DNA from: Rhina ancylostomus
Lineage: Eukaryota
Assembly (NCBI GenBank): GCA_030265395.1
Contig: JARFYF010000050.1
Span: 16,065,634-16,129,633 of the forward strand
Reading direction: 5' to 3'
Length of the DNA stretch: 64,000 nt
Below are positions 1 through 12,800 of this stretch, in pieces (position 1 is the stretch's first letter; every line of letters begins with the position of its first letter). The position numbers and the translations under genes are program-made. The notes under the pieces are model-generated. The model was not told the DNA's origin. It worked only from the letters and a program-made list of their open reading frames with translations, and did not search any database.

Positions 1-1249
1 ACTATTATTCCTGATTTGATTGCTTCCTTCGACTGTCAGCAACACAGGCCAAAGACATCCAGAGCCTTACGCATCCTTTCAATTTTCAGGCCTCTCTCAC
101 TCGTGTAAAGAAGCCACAATGGTATAAAGCTGGACAGCATTCTGAAAAGGCAGCATTCACCAATTCTTGGGAATACGGGTTCAAAGTAATTCCACATACA
201 GAAGGCAGGAAGCCCTGTCTCTTAACAGAGTACAGCCAAACGTGTATTGAAATAATATTCCTTTCAATTCCAGGATAGCGATTAAATATATCAACAATGA
301 CTTTCTGAACCTTACCCCATAGAAAAATACAAAATAATGTTCCCAGACCTGGGTGGAATAAACAAGTTGTATTAACTGGACAGATTTTGTTACATTCCAA
401 GAAATGGCTAATTCACTCAGGCCAATGAAAATTATGTTGTGCCATTTGAAAATATCTGTTCAGGCAGAAAGTCCAAAAATTGTATGCTTGATTTAGGATG
501 TGATTCCAACTACAAGCAAGAAATTAATTCCCCATTAGGCTCAATCTGGTCCAATCCTAAAAGTGATACTGAAAATTATGATTATGTTGGGTGGACCACA
601 ATTTTCAGCAGTTTGTTTAGGTCAAGCTCAGGTCAAAGGCAATGGATTAGGGCCAGACTTTGCTAAGTGAGCCTGCCGTTCATTCTTGCCACTCAGTCTC
701 CCCATTTACCTGGTATGGAACTGGCAGGCTGAACTTGCTGTCAGAGAGCAATCACGTCACATCCAGCGAGGCCCTGAACAGTGCCAGAGCCTTGCACAAT
801 GGAATCAGATCACATGGGCAGGCCAGAACAAATCCCACCCGCAAAACTGCTGATGTAATCATTGACAGACAGCAAAGAAAAAGCACTTAAGACACTTTTA
901 AATAAAAGCACTACCACAAACACAAGTAACCTACAAAAAAAGTAATTTTCCCTTCCTTCCTGGCAGCTGTAAGATCCCCTATGAAATGAATGGGCTTGTG
1001 GATTCCATGCAATTCGTTGGTTATTACAGCAGGTTTTTGTTCCACTGTTGGACTCTGTGTAGCGTCCAGGGCAGATTCCCCAGCTGTTTGCGACTGTTGC
1101 ATTTGGATTCTACTCACCAAAATTTGTCAGTACTTTCCAATCAGATTTGGCCCACTATTAGGGACTTCACAGAGATCTGCTTAACCCTGAAATAAATCTG
1201 CAGTCCTACTAAGCATCAAGCCTGTAGCAGGATCCTTTTATACCAAATT

Positions 1250-1560
1250 AAGAAACAGAAACAGCAGTAGCATCACCATGCCTTTGTGGCTGCTCAGCCA
1301 TTCAAAAAGGCTGACCTTTTACCTCAGCATCACTTTCCTTTCATTCCCTTAATATTCAAGAATCTACCAATGCTTGTCTTGAATATAGTCATTCACTGAG
1401 CTCTCAGTTACTGGTTGAAAATTACAAAGATTCACCACTCTCAACTTGAAGATAGTTCTCTTCTCTGTCTTGAGTGACCAAGCCTTACTTTCAGACACCC
1501 TGGTTCTAGACACCTCACCAAGAAGATTTATCATCTCTGTATCCACCCTTGCAAGAGCTT
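1250..1560 (-). mobile_element. CR1-type LINE 3' end fragment
   Basis: Antisense CR1 3' features: cagccattcaa..ggctga, caaagattcaccactct, ctggttctagac. Confidence 0.6.
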
Positions 1561-1704
1561 TGTATGCAAACTAAAATAATCTCAACGAGGCAATTACATT
1601 CCATTTTAAAAGCATAACAAAGCACTTAAAAGTAGCCACTGTATTTGTTTAAACTGATTTGTGGTTGCTCCTATCCTTTTTAATCATAATCACAATCTTT
1701 TTCT

Positions 1705-1985
1705 AAGGTTAGGGAAGTCTAAAGCCAGAGGACATAGGTTTAAGCTGAGAGGGGAAATACTGTTTTTCACACAGAGGGTGGTGGGTATATTGAATAAGCT
1801 GCCAGAAGAGGTGCTAGAGGCAGCTGTAATAACAGTGTTTAAAAAGCATTTGAACAAGTACATAAGTAGAAAAGAAATATGAACCAAATGCAGGAAAATG
1901 GTATTAGCATAGTTAGGCATCTTGGTCAGCATGGCTGAGTCAGGCCAAAGGACCTGTTTCCATGCTTTATGACTCTATATTCTAT
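1705..1985 (+). mobile_element. CR1-type LINE 3' end
   Basis: Encodes RGHRFKLRG..FFTQRVVGILNKLPEEVLEA..FKKHL (CR1 ORF2 C-terminus), followed by the tail ggccaaaggacctgtttccatgctttatgactctat. Confidence 0.85.
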
Positions 1986-3809
1986 AAGTCTCACTCAGAT
2001 CATGTCCAGGCCAGTCCTCCACTCACTCAGCTCAATATTTAAGAGCAACTCAATCCAGATCAGTTCTGACAGAAAGGGTACCTCACCAGTTTTGGTCGCT
2101 TTCATGTTTTGGTCAAGGAAGGATACAAGTCAACTAAGTGGTCAATGAGTCGGCCTACATAATTCCAACCGACTCCTCAGTTCATCCATCTGATTCTCAT
2201 CATCGCAAACAATAGATATTTGCATCTGTTTTGCACAAGTGCAGCATCATGCAATCTTCCATGAGATAATATATAGGCATGGATACATCCAACATATTGA
2301 ACTCATGGAACCGTTTTGCTGGCACACAGCTGTGCAAAAAGAAGAGCTACGTTTAAGTGTCAAATGTTAGTTACCCCATTGAATCTAGATCGAGTTCCAG
2401 TGGCCTGGAAACTGGATTGCTCTGCACTGCTGTTTATCCGATGGATGGAGTTTACTTAAATTTTTGATTACAAATCATGATCACACAATTGTAGCACAGT
2501 TTGCACCACCTGTCAAATTGAACAGCATGGTAAATACAGCAGATGTATATGGGAGTACACCACTGGCGATGTCAATCATCATATAATGCTGATCTGGCAC
2601 CCACCTGCCTAATTAGGCTGCACAGAATCCAATTACTGCAGTGTATTAGCCACACATAGGAAGCCAGGTCTGAACAATGGGAAGAACTCACCCCTCCCTC
2701 TCTCACCTGCACTGTTCAATTACTCACATGCTTGTGGAGACTGAGTAGAGGTGAACTCACTTGGCAGATTGGTGCTGCCAGACTACCTGACAGATAGGGA
2801 GGAAGTTTAAGGTGAAGGATGCACCTTAGGTCCCAAAAATAGCGTTAGGTGTGGTCCTCTTGGCCCCCATTATGTCCATGAGCTGGAAGAGGGTTCAAAG
2901 ACAGGCCTTTGACAAGAGGGACAAGGGCTAAGGCCAGCATTGGCTTTTGTCTAATAGTCCTCACAAATGAGTAATCTATATGAAGATTAAGATTCTCTAA
3001 GGCAGTGGTTATTGTTATGAACTACACCCCCAACCTTAGGCCCGTGCCTAAACCATCCATTAAACCATCCATGGTACTGAGGGTCAAAGAGGCTCTCAGC
3101 GTCATGGCCTCTGTCTGAGTGTGGATGGAAAGTGGCCAGCTCTGTAGGTATGTGAATTTGATCAGGTAGTAGGTTTCCTTATAGTTTAGGGAGTGATAGA
3201 ATGAATGCATGCGATGTGGACTCTGGGCAGGAACCATGATTCTTCTGGGAACAGAAAACACTTGCATTGCTGGATTTGACCACTGCAGAAAATAATGATA
3301 GTGAAAGCCATCTCTCCTGGGAGCTTCTCTGCCATTCGTTTTCAGAGGGTCCACCTCTGAGTAATAGGTTCCTACTGGGAGTCATGGGGTACTCCTTAAA
3401 TCTCTGGCTCCTCACAACAGGCAGGGCTTCAGCAAACACTGCCAAGTGCTCCTTTAATGAGCTGCAGAACCATGGGAACATTTTGAACCAAATCTCTGGT
3501 TCACTAAAACATCGATGAATGGACCGGAGCTGGGAGACATTCCAAAGTGGGGTTCTTATTTCATTGTTGTCTGCTACAATTTGGCCATTATCCAGGCTCA
3601 GCTGTCGTCCAACAGAAGGAGGAGGAACAGCAGAAGGAAAATCTAGGCAGGAAGCAAAAGCAAGAGCCTTTCTGTTTGTGTGACAGGATGTAGCTGATAA
3701 CCCCTTGATTTCCAGCTGAGGATCCCACACCACCTGATGCTCAGCATGAGGGAGTCCATGCCTGCAGGGCTCATGATTATAAGCAGCAAATTACAGTCAT
3801 GCAACATGA

Positions 3810-4480
3810 CCCCTTTCCATCCAGAGGAAGTCTAACCATTTCTTCTTGATATTCAATGGCATTATCATTGCCCATTTCCACAACACCACTGGATCATTGA
3901 CTAGAAACTGACCAGGACCAGATTTTTAAATCACTCTGGCTGATAAAACTCACCAGTAACTGGTTTTCTGCAGTAAGGGATCAGATTCCTGATATGGGGT
4001 CTATCCACCACTGACAAGTCAGGCTTTCAAAAGAATGTTCTCTGTTTGCATGGATAAGTGCAGTTCCAGCTGCATGGAAGAAACTTGATTTCATCCAGCC
4101 CATAGCAATCTTTTGGTCATCACCTCTATCAACCACCATGGCTGTTCACTGTAATCCACCAGTGCAGGAGGGCTGCCAGGGCTTCTCACTTTGAAGCCTC
4201 TAGTCTCTGCCACTCAACATTGCAGGGAACACCACTATTTGAAGGATCACTTCCAAGACACAAATCAATCCTGCCTGGAGATATCTGGCTGTTCCACAGT
4301 TGTCACTGACTTGAAATTCTCTTGCCCCTCCAGCACGAATGCTGCACAGGAAGCAGAAAAAAACTTCTTCACAACTTCCTCAAGGAGTGTTGGAGATGAT
4401 CATTGTTGGGGATGAGACTAGTGTTGGGGAATCACTGGATGCTGATCAGCCAGCAATTTTCACATCCCATGAGTAAATAA
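3810..4480 (+). mobile_element. Decayed non-LTR LINE 3' part (same family as 10818-11790 and 44200-44530)
   Basis: Shares segments such as ctaaccat..ttgatattcaatggcattatcatt and actagaaactgaccaggacca with the reverse complement of 10950-11070. Ends with cacatcccatgagtaaataa. Confidence 0.55.
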
Positions 4481-5224
4481 TGACACAAGTTAGAACTGTG
4501 CTCAACCAAGCAAGCATACAGATCCGATCAACTGCAAAACTATTGATTAGTTGGCTGATCATTCTTAGGTAAAGCTTAATGCCTATTTTCCACATGTCTT
4601 TACCTGCCCCAATGCTCCATTTGTGGCTGCACCAAGATGGTGGAGGGTTGCTTGTTTGCATGAGAAGAGACTCTGGACAGCAGTGAAGTATGACCTCCAG
4701 TTGCTCTGTGCCCAGGTGGCCTGGCTTCAGACTGTACAGTCTGCCATCGAGAGGCAGCAGTTAGCTCCAGCAGACTGTGAGTCAACAAAGGCAACTGCCT
4801 AGTAGCAATGGTGAGGTGACAAATGCTGACATCCTGAGAGAGGGTGGCAAGTTGTGAAATCACCACCACTCTGCTGGAATGGGGCCTGGGTGATGTTCAG
4901 AGTTGGGTGCCAGTAGATTCCCATGACATAGATAAAGCCCCAGTCTGCAGCAGAATGTAGAGGCGCAGTGGCAGAAGCTCAAATGTCCAGTGAAGTACAA
5001 AGTGGCCCCCTTTACAAAATAATAATCTGGGTCTAACATTGGATAGGCAGGGATTATTTGGCCACATGACAGTTTTACAAGGTGATTGGCCCTCTTAATG
5101 CAATGGCCTTGATGTAAGGGACAGGGCAGCTCCAGACTGCAGAAGACTATCTTTGTAAATAATTTTTTTGTCCCTAAACTTACTGAGAAGGATGTTTAAA
5201 GTGGGTGTAGTGTGTCAAAACTGC

Positions 5225-5695
5225 TACTCCCCTGCCCCCATTTCCATTACCAGTCTTACCACCAGCCTCGTCTTTCCCCTGTCCCATCATCAGCCCCCGA
5301 CACATTTCCATCACCATACCACCACCCCCCACCAAGCCCCATTCCCGCTGCAGCCCTGTTCTCCTCCCAATCCCATCCCTTTCTCTCCCTATTGTAATTT
5401 CTGGCCTTCCTCACCATCCCTCCCCTCCTCAGCTTACCTCTCCTCCCACTCCTCCTCCACCCACCCTTTCCCACTAGCCTCTTTTTTACACAGCTCCTTT
5501 TAACCAGCACCCTCTTCTCTTCATTGTCACTGCTAGCTCTCCCTCACTCCACTGGCACCTCCTCAATCACCACTGAACTTTTCTCCACTCCCCTCCTGCT
5601 CCCACTAATCCCCTCCCTCTCCTCCCACTGTCACTGCAAGATCCCTCTCTCCTTTCAGTTACCACTGGCCTCCCTTCCCCAACTCCCCTTCACCT
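5225..5695. repeat. C/T-rich low-complexity tract
   Basis: Strongly pyrimidine-skewed and degenerate; produces spurious Pro/Ser-rich ORFs. Confidence 0.7.
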
Positions 5696-6685
5696 AGCTT
5701 GTCATTATCAGCATATCATTCCTCGCCACTTCTGCCAGCTCCATCTTCCACCACCAGCCACATCTTCCCCTCTCCCCACCTTTCTGCTCTCTGCACTCTT
5801 TCCATGATTCCCTGGTCGACTCAGTCCTTCCCTCCCACGCATCCCCATCCCCTGACACTTTCTCCTGCCACCATAGGAGGTGCAACACTTGTCCCTTCAC
5901 CTCCTTCCTCACCACCAGCCAGGGACTGTAACAACCCTTCCAGGTCAGGCAGAGATTCACATGCCCCATTTCATCCTAGTATATTGAGATGTGGTACTCC
6001 TCGATATCACACTAAGCAACCATTTTGAAGACCACCAGCACTCTGTCCTCAATGGCCAACTTGAGCTTCTGGCTACATGTCACTCAATTCCCCTTCCCAT
6101 TCCCACTCTGACCTGTCTATCTTCAGCCTTCTCCATGACCAGGATGAGGCCAAATGCAAACAAAAGGAACAGCTCCTCATATTCCACTTGGGTAGTCTTC
6201 AATCTTATGGTATGAACATTAAGTTTTCTAGTTTCAAGTAATGCACACCCTGTCTGTTCCTTTCCCACTCTCATCAGTCCACCTGGGTTCTCTCTCCCTT
6301 TGTCCACCTTTTCTGTCCCTTCCCCCCTCATTATGAAGACTCTTCATCCTCCCCCCACCTGGATCCATCTGCCCTTCACCCATGTACCTGATCACATGGG
6401 TTTCTTCTCCTTTAGTTTGCCTTTCCTATCCCCTCTCCATTCTGGTTCCATTTGCCCATCATCCTTCCTTGATCTAGTTCCACTTATCACCTCCTAGTTT
6501 TTGTCTCACCTCTCCTCTTCACTTCTATACATTGGCTATCTTCCCTCTACACCATCGGTACTATACAGGGTCTTGAAAAGTCAGCCATCCCTTTGGCTCC
6601 ATAGATGCTGCCTGACTTGCTGAGTTCTTCCAGTGGTTAGCTTTTTGCTTCAGATTCCAGCATCCGCAGTCTCTTGTGTTTCTGT
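5695..6685 (+). mobile_element. Penelope-like retroelement 3' fragment (GIY-YIG endonuclease relic plus terminal repeat)
   Basis: Decayed reading TFSCHHRRCNTCPF..PFQVRQRFTC..EQLLIFHLGSLQSYGMNIKFSSFK*, then a pyrimidine-rich UTR and the terminus agatgctgcctgacttgctgagttcttccag..gattccagcatccgcagtctcttgtg. Confidence 0.8.
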
Positions 6686-6929
6686 GTTCCATGCTGCTTC
6701 CTCTTACCCCTCCCCCACCATCACCACGTTCACTATCAGCCCTCCACTCCCTCCACCCAACACAATGCTGCTCCCGCCAACCCTTACTCCCCCTACCCCT
6801 CCCCCGTTCTCACTGTTGTCACCCACTTCAAGAAGGAGGTGTCTGCTGAGACTCGGGACAAATGTTGTGTCATATTCCTTTGGCACAGGACAAGATCAAG
6901 ATTCTTGAAGATTGGGGCTGTCCTGACCA

Positions 6930-7060
6930 AACAGAGTCAGCATAGAAACAGGCCCTTTGGTCCACTGAGTCCACACTGACCATCAAGCATCCATTTACAC
7001 TAATCCTACACTAATAACAATTTTACTTTCCCCAAATTCCCAACAAATCTCCCTAGATGG
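6930..7060 (-). mobile_element. 3' tail of a HE1-like SINE or CR1
   Basis: cagcatagaaacaggccctttggtccactgagtccacactgaccatcaagcatccattt is the antisense of a CR1-derived tail. Confidence 0.6.
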
Positions 7061-7854
7061 TTGGTCACCCCGCTCCCATTCCTTTTGGGTGGCTCCTGCC
7101 TGTGCTAAAGCAGAAGATAATCATTAGATGCTGGGGGATGGTGTGTCCACAAGCATTTAGGTAGAATTGGGTACCACCTCCACTCAAGGAAGGATGAGCT
7201 CCAGTCTTCACACAAGTCTCTGTACAAGACTGGAGTTGGATTCCCCCATGCACCCCCAATGATTGTTCACTTCATTTCAATGATTCTGACACAAGATCGG
7301 TTTTCCTACACAAAAATGTAACACTTCTTCAATATCTGGTTCCAGACAATGATTCATTTTCATCATCCCACTAAACAGGAAAAACAAGTTTCAGGTGAAT
7401 ATTTTCACTTACAGAAATAAGCGAGTAGATGGATTTGTTTCCCATGAAGTTGTCAAACAGGCTGCAAAGATTAAATAATTTTATAATTACAAGTGTCCAT
7501 TTTTTGCCAACTTGTTAAATTAGATGGTAGATTGAGCTCTTGTTAATTGAACAGTTGGGTAAATTGTATCAAGGTGAAAGAGAACAGTAAGTTCAAGAAC
7601 AACCTGTTCAAGAATTACTGAAAGGTCAATAGCTTGAGATATTAATTCTGTCTTCTCTTTCCATGGATGCTGTCTGACTTGAATATCTTCAGTGTTTCCT
7701 GTTTTTATTCACTGATATTTAAACCTCTCAATGATGGCACCATTACTTACAATGTCTCTATGATGGAGATAACAGGGTTTCTGTTGGAATCGAGCAAGGT
7801 TGCTGTTGAGATGATGTGTTCTGAGGTGCAAGTGGTTTCTTTCGCCAACAACTA

Positions 7855-8290
7855 ATCTGTTGCTCAGCTGGACACACTGTCACCTTTTGGTCAGAAGGTG
7901 GTGGTTTCAAACCCACCTTGAAGTGTGAGCACAGAAATCTAGGCAGGTTCTGGAAAGCTGCACTGTCAGAGGCACTTTTTTCAAATGAGGCACTCGCCAA
8001 GGTCTCATCCGCTCTCTCGGCTGTGCATGGGGTCTTGCTGCACCATTTCAAACGAGAAAAGTGGAGTTAACCTCAGTGCATTGGCCAATCAACTTCACTA
8101 AGCACAGATGATTTGATCATTATTGCAATGTTATTTGTTAAATGTTATTTGTGTCATCTTGCTGGGCATTAATTAACTGTTGTGGTTCCTACATTGGAAC
8201 AGAAAATGTACTTTAAACAAGAGCATGTTAGATGTATGCACTCTGGAAGCTCAAGGTAAAAAATGTGATATGAATGCATATTTTTTGTTC
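7855..8290 (+). mobile_element. tRNA-derived Deu-domain SINE (SacSINE1/AmnSINE1-like)
   Basis: tRNA-like head (gctcag..ggtttcaaaccc), Deu core gcactgtcagaggcacttttttcaaatgag, and 3' part cagatgatttgatcattattgcaatg..ttcctacatt. Confidence 0.7.
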
Positions 8291-8779
8291 AAGCAAATGT
8301 AAGCAGCTAGCCGCAGTTCCATTTACACTTCGTCTTTTATTCTGATCAACAGAACAAGGATAAGGCAGTACTGGTGTCTCAGTCCAGCCACAGAAAAGGC
8401 TGAACAGATCACCATATACTGGAACTTCTGCATTTAGTTAACTCTGAGACCCTTCAGTCTCCAACTACCACAGCAAAAACTTCCTTTTATGAAGCACCTT
8501 TCAAAATGTAGGGCAAATCCAGAGAGTTCCCAGGAATGCCTATTATGAGCAGTCCTTTATCAGACATGGGAAAGACTTCTCAGCCTTTACCACCAGACCT
8601 GAGGATTTGCTATGACAAATCCTGCTATGTGTTGAAGTCATCTTTGATTGCTTGTAATAATGAGGAGCAGGAATAATGGGTGAGTTGGTACTATTCTTGG
8701 TTATATTCCATTGAAATTAATGAATTTTCCAATTTAAGTGAAAGACATTATTACTATGTCTTAAGATAATTATCGATAC

Positions 8780-9070
8780 ATACAATGATTAACTGGCTTT
8801 CACCATCCTCCCTCAGCTGCACCATCTCCACTGATGTCATTCCGACTCTCCTTATCTCCATCCTATCACAGACATTCACTTTGTTCTCTCTGACCTTCCC
8901 TCATCTCTGCAAAGCAAAACATATTTCATTTCTGACTTTGCTCATTTCTGATGATAAAACATCGAGCTAAAATATTAACTCTGTTTTTCTTCCCACAGAT
9001 GCTGCCTGACCCACGGTGTATTTTTACTTTTTATTTCAGAATTCCAGCACCTGCAGGTTCATCTTGCATT
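8780..9070 (+). mobile_element. Penelope-like terminal fragment
   Basis: tctgatgataaaacatcgagctaaaatattaactctgtttttcttcccacagatgctgcctgacc..attccagcacctgcag. Confidence 0.6.
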
Positions 9071-9801
9071 CGATTATAGTTTATGTACAACTGCTTAAGT
9101 TTGCCTGAGGTCCATAAAGGAAAATGCATGAGAAATTAAATAGAATTCTTAAATACATTGTTCTTAGTCCTTCTCAAATACTTGACAGCAGTTGCATGAA
9201 GCATCTCCCATCCTGTTTTCCATGGATTTGGGGTTACTGGTGAGTGGCAAACTGCATATTTAACAACAGGCAGTACACCAGTGACCTGGAGGTTTTTCTA
9301 CCTGTGGGAGAATCCAGAGGGAGGTAATGATAGACTACGCAGAGCTTGGATTAAAAGGCGCACAAAGTACTGCCAAGAACTCTGGCAATTTTCTTAAATT
9401 AATGGAGACTGTCAGAACTGGAAAATTCCTCAGAATGCTGCTTATAAATTTCAAATGTGGCAATTACGTAATCCTGCTAAGGTTCTGTTTTAGATCCCCA
9501 CCATGGCAAATAGAACAGAATTCCGTCCTCTCTATATTTTCTGAATGCACTGACATAGCACAGGCAGTCGGCTCTACTAATATCCAGTGTGTTGTGGCAA
9601 AGATATATTCTCTAGGGCTGTTCCAGTGAAGGTTTCACACTAATGTCTAGCTGACAGTTTGGAAGATTTCTCAGGTGTGGCAAACTAAAATAAACTTGAT
9701 ACTAAATCTGTAATGTGGTTGGGTCACCAACTCAGTGCCACCTGCTCATGTTATGCTTGACATGGCTCAGTTGATCAGACTCCTGTCTGTCAGAGTTTAG
9801 T

Positions 9802-12800
9802 TGTAGTTTGTGGCTCATGTATATTGGCTGTCAAGTGCAATTGTTTGACGGGATACTACATGAAGAACCTATGTAACATGATTAACTATTGCAACATTAT
9901 GTGCACTCTGCTTCAGATTGCGATATGAGTTGCCTGACACGAGAAACAGACATGTTTACTTGATGATCCTAGGCTAAGTCAGTTATGAAAGTATTCCCCA
10001 ACACTGCACATGAAAAACATAAAGACAATACTGGCAACACAGATGGGATACTGCAAGAGTACATACAGTATTATTAAGAATGAAACCAGTGAGTCTTAAA
10101 GAAAGAAAGAATGGCAAACCAGGAGGGTGAATCCCTCTTGCACTGAGTTTCCCAATGTACTCTGCCAGTGTCAACTCTGCCAAGGTGCCTTTAGTTCTGT
10201 TTCATGTTCTAATTCTTATTTCAGTATTGAGGAAATGAGAAGTAACACATCCAACAGGGTTCAAAGCAAGATGGCAGAGATAACACAGACAGGCTACATT
10301 GAAAAACTCAGTAGAAAGGATAGAATGAAAGAGGCAGTTAGCATTTACCTTTGAAAAATTGGATATGTTCTTCAAAGCCAATAACATTATAAAAGTTACA
10401 GGTGAAAATGCTGAAGAACAAAAAAGAGTGATCAGTGAGTAAAAGAAAACCATGCTCTTGGCAGAGGTGAGGTAAGATATGCATGTGACACTAGCTATCT
10501 TGTTGGAAGTCAATGTCCTGTTTGAGACTGAAGAATTAATAATATACATCGGCCCAGCATAGTCTTAAAATTGTCAAAGCTAAAGATCCAGTGCACCAAA
10601 TCACCGGACATCAGCAATTATATTGTGTGATTGAGGGACCTGGTAAGACATTGTAATTCTGAAATGTTCCTGGACTGAGCACAGAGGGGCAGATCAGTTT
10701 GCCAGTTAGCTGTTGAGGTGATAGGCCTAACTATTTAATGCTTCAGACATCACTTTTGAAATGGCATGCAGGATTGCCAAGCGATGGAAATGGCACTGAA
10801 AAATGCAACAGGGTTTCATTCAGCTTGAGATGCAGGAGAGCTGTTATCCAGGCAAGTGGATAGTGTCCAATCACACTCCTCGCTTGTGACCAGTAGATAA
10901 CAGGAAGTTTTTTTTGTGGTTAGGAAATGAGTTTTGCCGCAAGATACCCAGCCTCTGACCTGCTCTTGCAGCCTAGTGTTCATGTGGCTGGTCCAATTGA
11001 GTATCTGTTCAGTGGTGTGAGGATTGATGATGGTAATGTCATTGAGTGTCAAGGATAAGTGGTTAGGCTCTCTATGGTTGGAGGTGGCCACTATCTGGTA
11101 ATCTGCAGCACGAATATTACTTGCCATTTATCAGCCTATGCCTGAACAATGTCCAGGGCTTGCTACATGCAGGTATGGCCTGCTTCATTTGCTGAGGAGT
11201 TGCAAATGGAACAGAACACTGCACAACATTTGCAAGCGGAACCACTTCTGACCACATGACTGAAGGAACTTCATTGATGAAGCAACTGAACGTAACTGGG
11301 CCTAGGTCACTGCCCTGAGAATCTCCTGCAATGATATCCTGGGGCTGGGATGATTGATCTCCAACAGCCACACATTATCCTTTGTACGAGGTATGGCCTT
11401 AACCATCAGAGTGCTTTCCCTTTGATGCCCATTGATTTCAGTTTTACCAGGACTCTTTGATGCCACACTCAGGTTAAATGCTGCCTGGACTTCAAAAGCA
11501 GTCACCCTCAGCTTTTTTCTTTCACCCTAGTGTGAACCGCGGCTGTGATGAGGTCTAGAGCGGAAATAGTCCTGGTGAAATTGAGCATGGGCATCAGTGA
11601 TCAGGTTATTGGTGAGTAAGTGCTACCCAATAACTCTGTTGACAACACCTTCCATCACTTTATTGATGATTGAGAGTATACTGACTAGCCAGTACAATCC
11701 AATTGGTACAATACAATCCTGTATGTTCTGAACATGATATCCTGTGCAATTTTCACATTGCTAGGTAACTGGCAGTGTTGTAACTGCCAGGCCATGAGGC
11801 TACAGATACCAGTGGTGTACATTGCCACTGTGCTGACAGTCCATGGCAGTTTCGTGGGGACCCAGCTTTGAGCTGCTAGATCTGTTCTGTTGAGCAAAGT
11901 TGCTGCATGATTTCTCTGCTATCAATGCCAGGGAAGTCATGCAACATCTATTTCTCCACTCAAAACAGCTCACTGCCATACTCCCAGTTAAACAAGATGT
12001 TATGTAGAACTGGACAGAATGTAGCAAAAGCTGAGAGCTGCAGTGCACATATTTCTCAGGCAGGGAAACAACTGTGCTGACCAAATCCAGAGGTGAGCCT
12101 TGAATACAACTGAGATGTGAAGTCATGGATGCATGTGACATTGACAGCGATGGAGTGAACTTAAACCTATGATTAAGATAAATGGTTGGAGTGTTGTGAG
12201 GCATTGATATTGCAGCAGGTCATCTAGTGATGGGGCAAGACTACTTTAGACATAATATTATCCAATTTCCACTAACCAGGAACAACAACTTGTTGAGCAG
12301 GTGCTTGGGAGTAGTGCTGAGGTTGGTAGGAGAGTTGAGGTGAACTATTGCTCAAGGAAATTGAGCTGCCAGTAATCATGACAGACTAACCAGGAAACCA
12401 ACAGTATTGGGCAGGTAGGTTCTGTGTGATTACAGTGGGCAATGGGGCAGAAAATGACAAGGGGCAAGCAGAATGTTCCTTTCCCATCAGAACCCTACCC
12501 TGACTTGGCACAGTGACATGGGTCAAAGAGATAGACACACTGAGTTAGGATGTGCTTGGAAGGATCAGAAGCAGAAGCATGAGCTGATATCAGGTATGGG
12601 TATGGCTGTTTGAAAGGTGCATAATGCAAAAATAGTCAAAAGCCCTGCATTGACAGGAAAAGTGGCAACATCCAGGCCACTGTGGGACTGAAGCAGGACT
12701 CGGGGGAATGCTGTGAAGAAAGGATGGTGCAGGTCTTTAAAATAGTTGATTGTGATGACCATAAAGAGTGGATGGATAATCGAATGCAGTTCAAGGTGAG

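Noticed and set aside
5168-6979. Pro/Ser/His-rich ORFs
   Set aside because: They arise from low-complexity pyrimidine tracts and a Penelope fragment.
7855-7930. tRNA gene
   Set aside because: The A/B-box-like sequence is a SINE head; no cloverleaf is evident.
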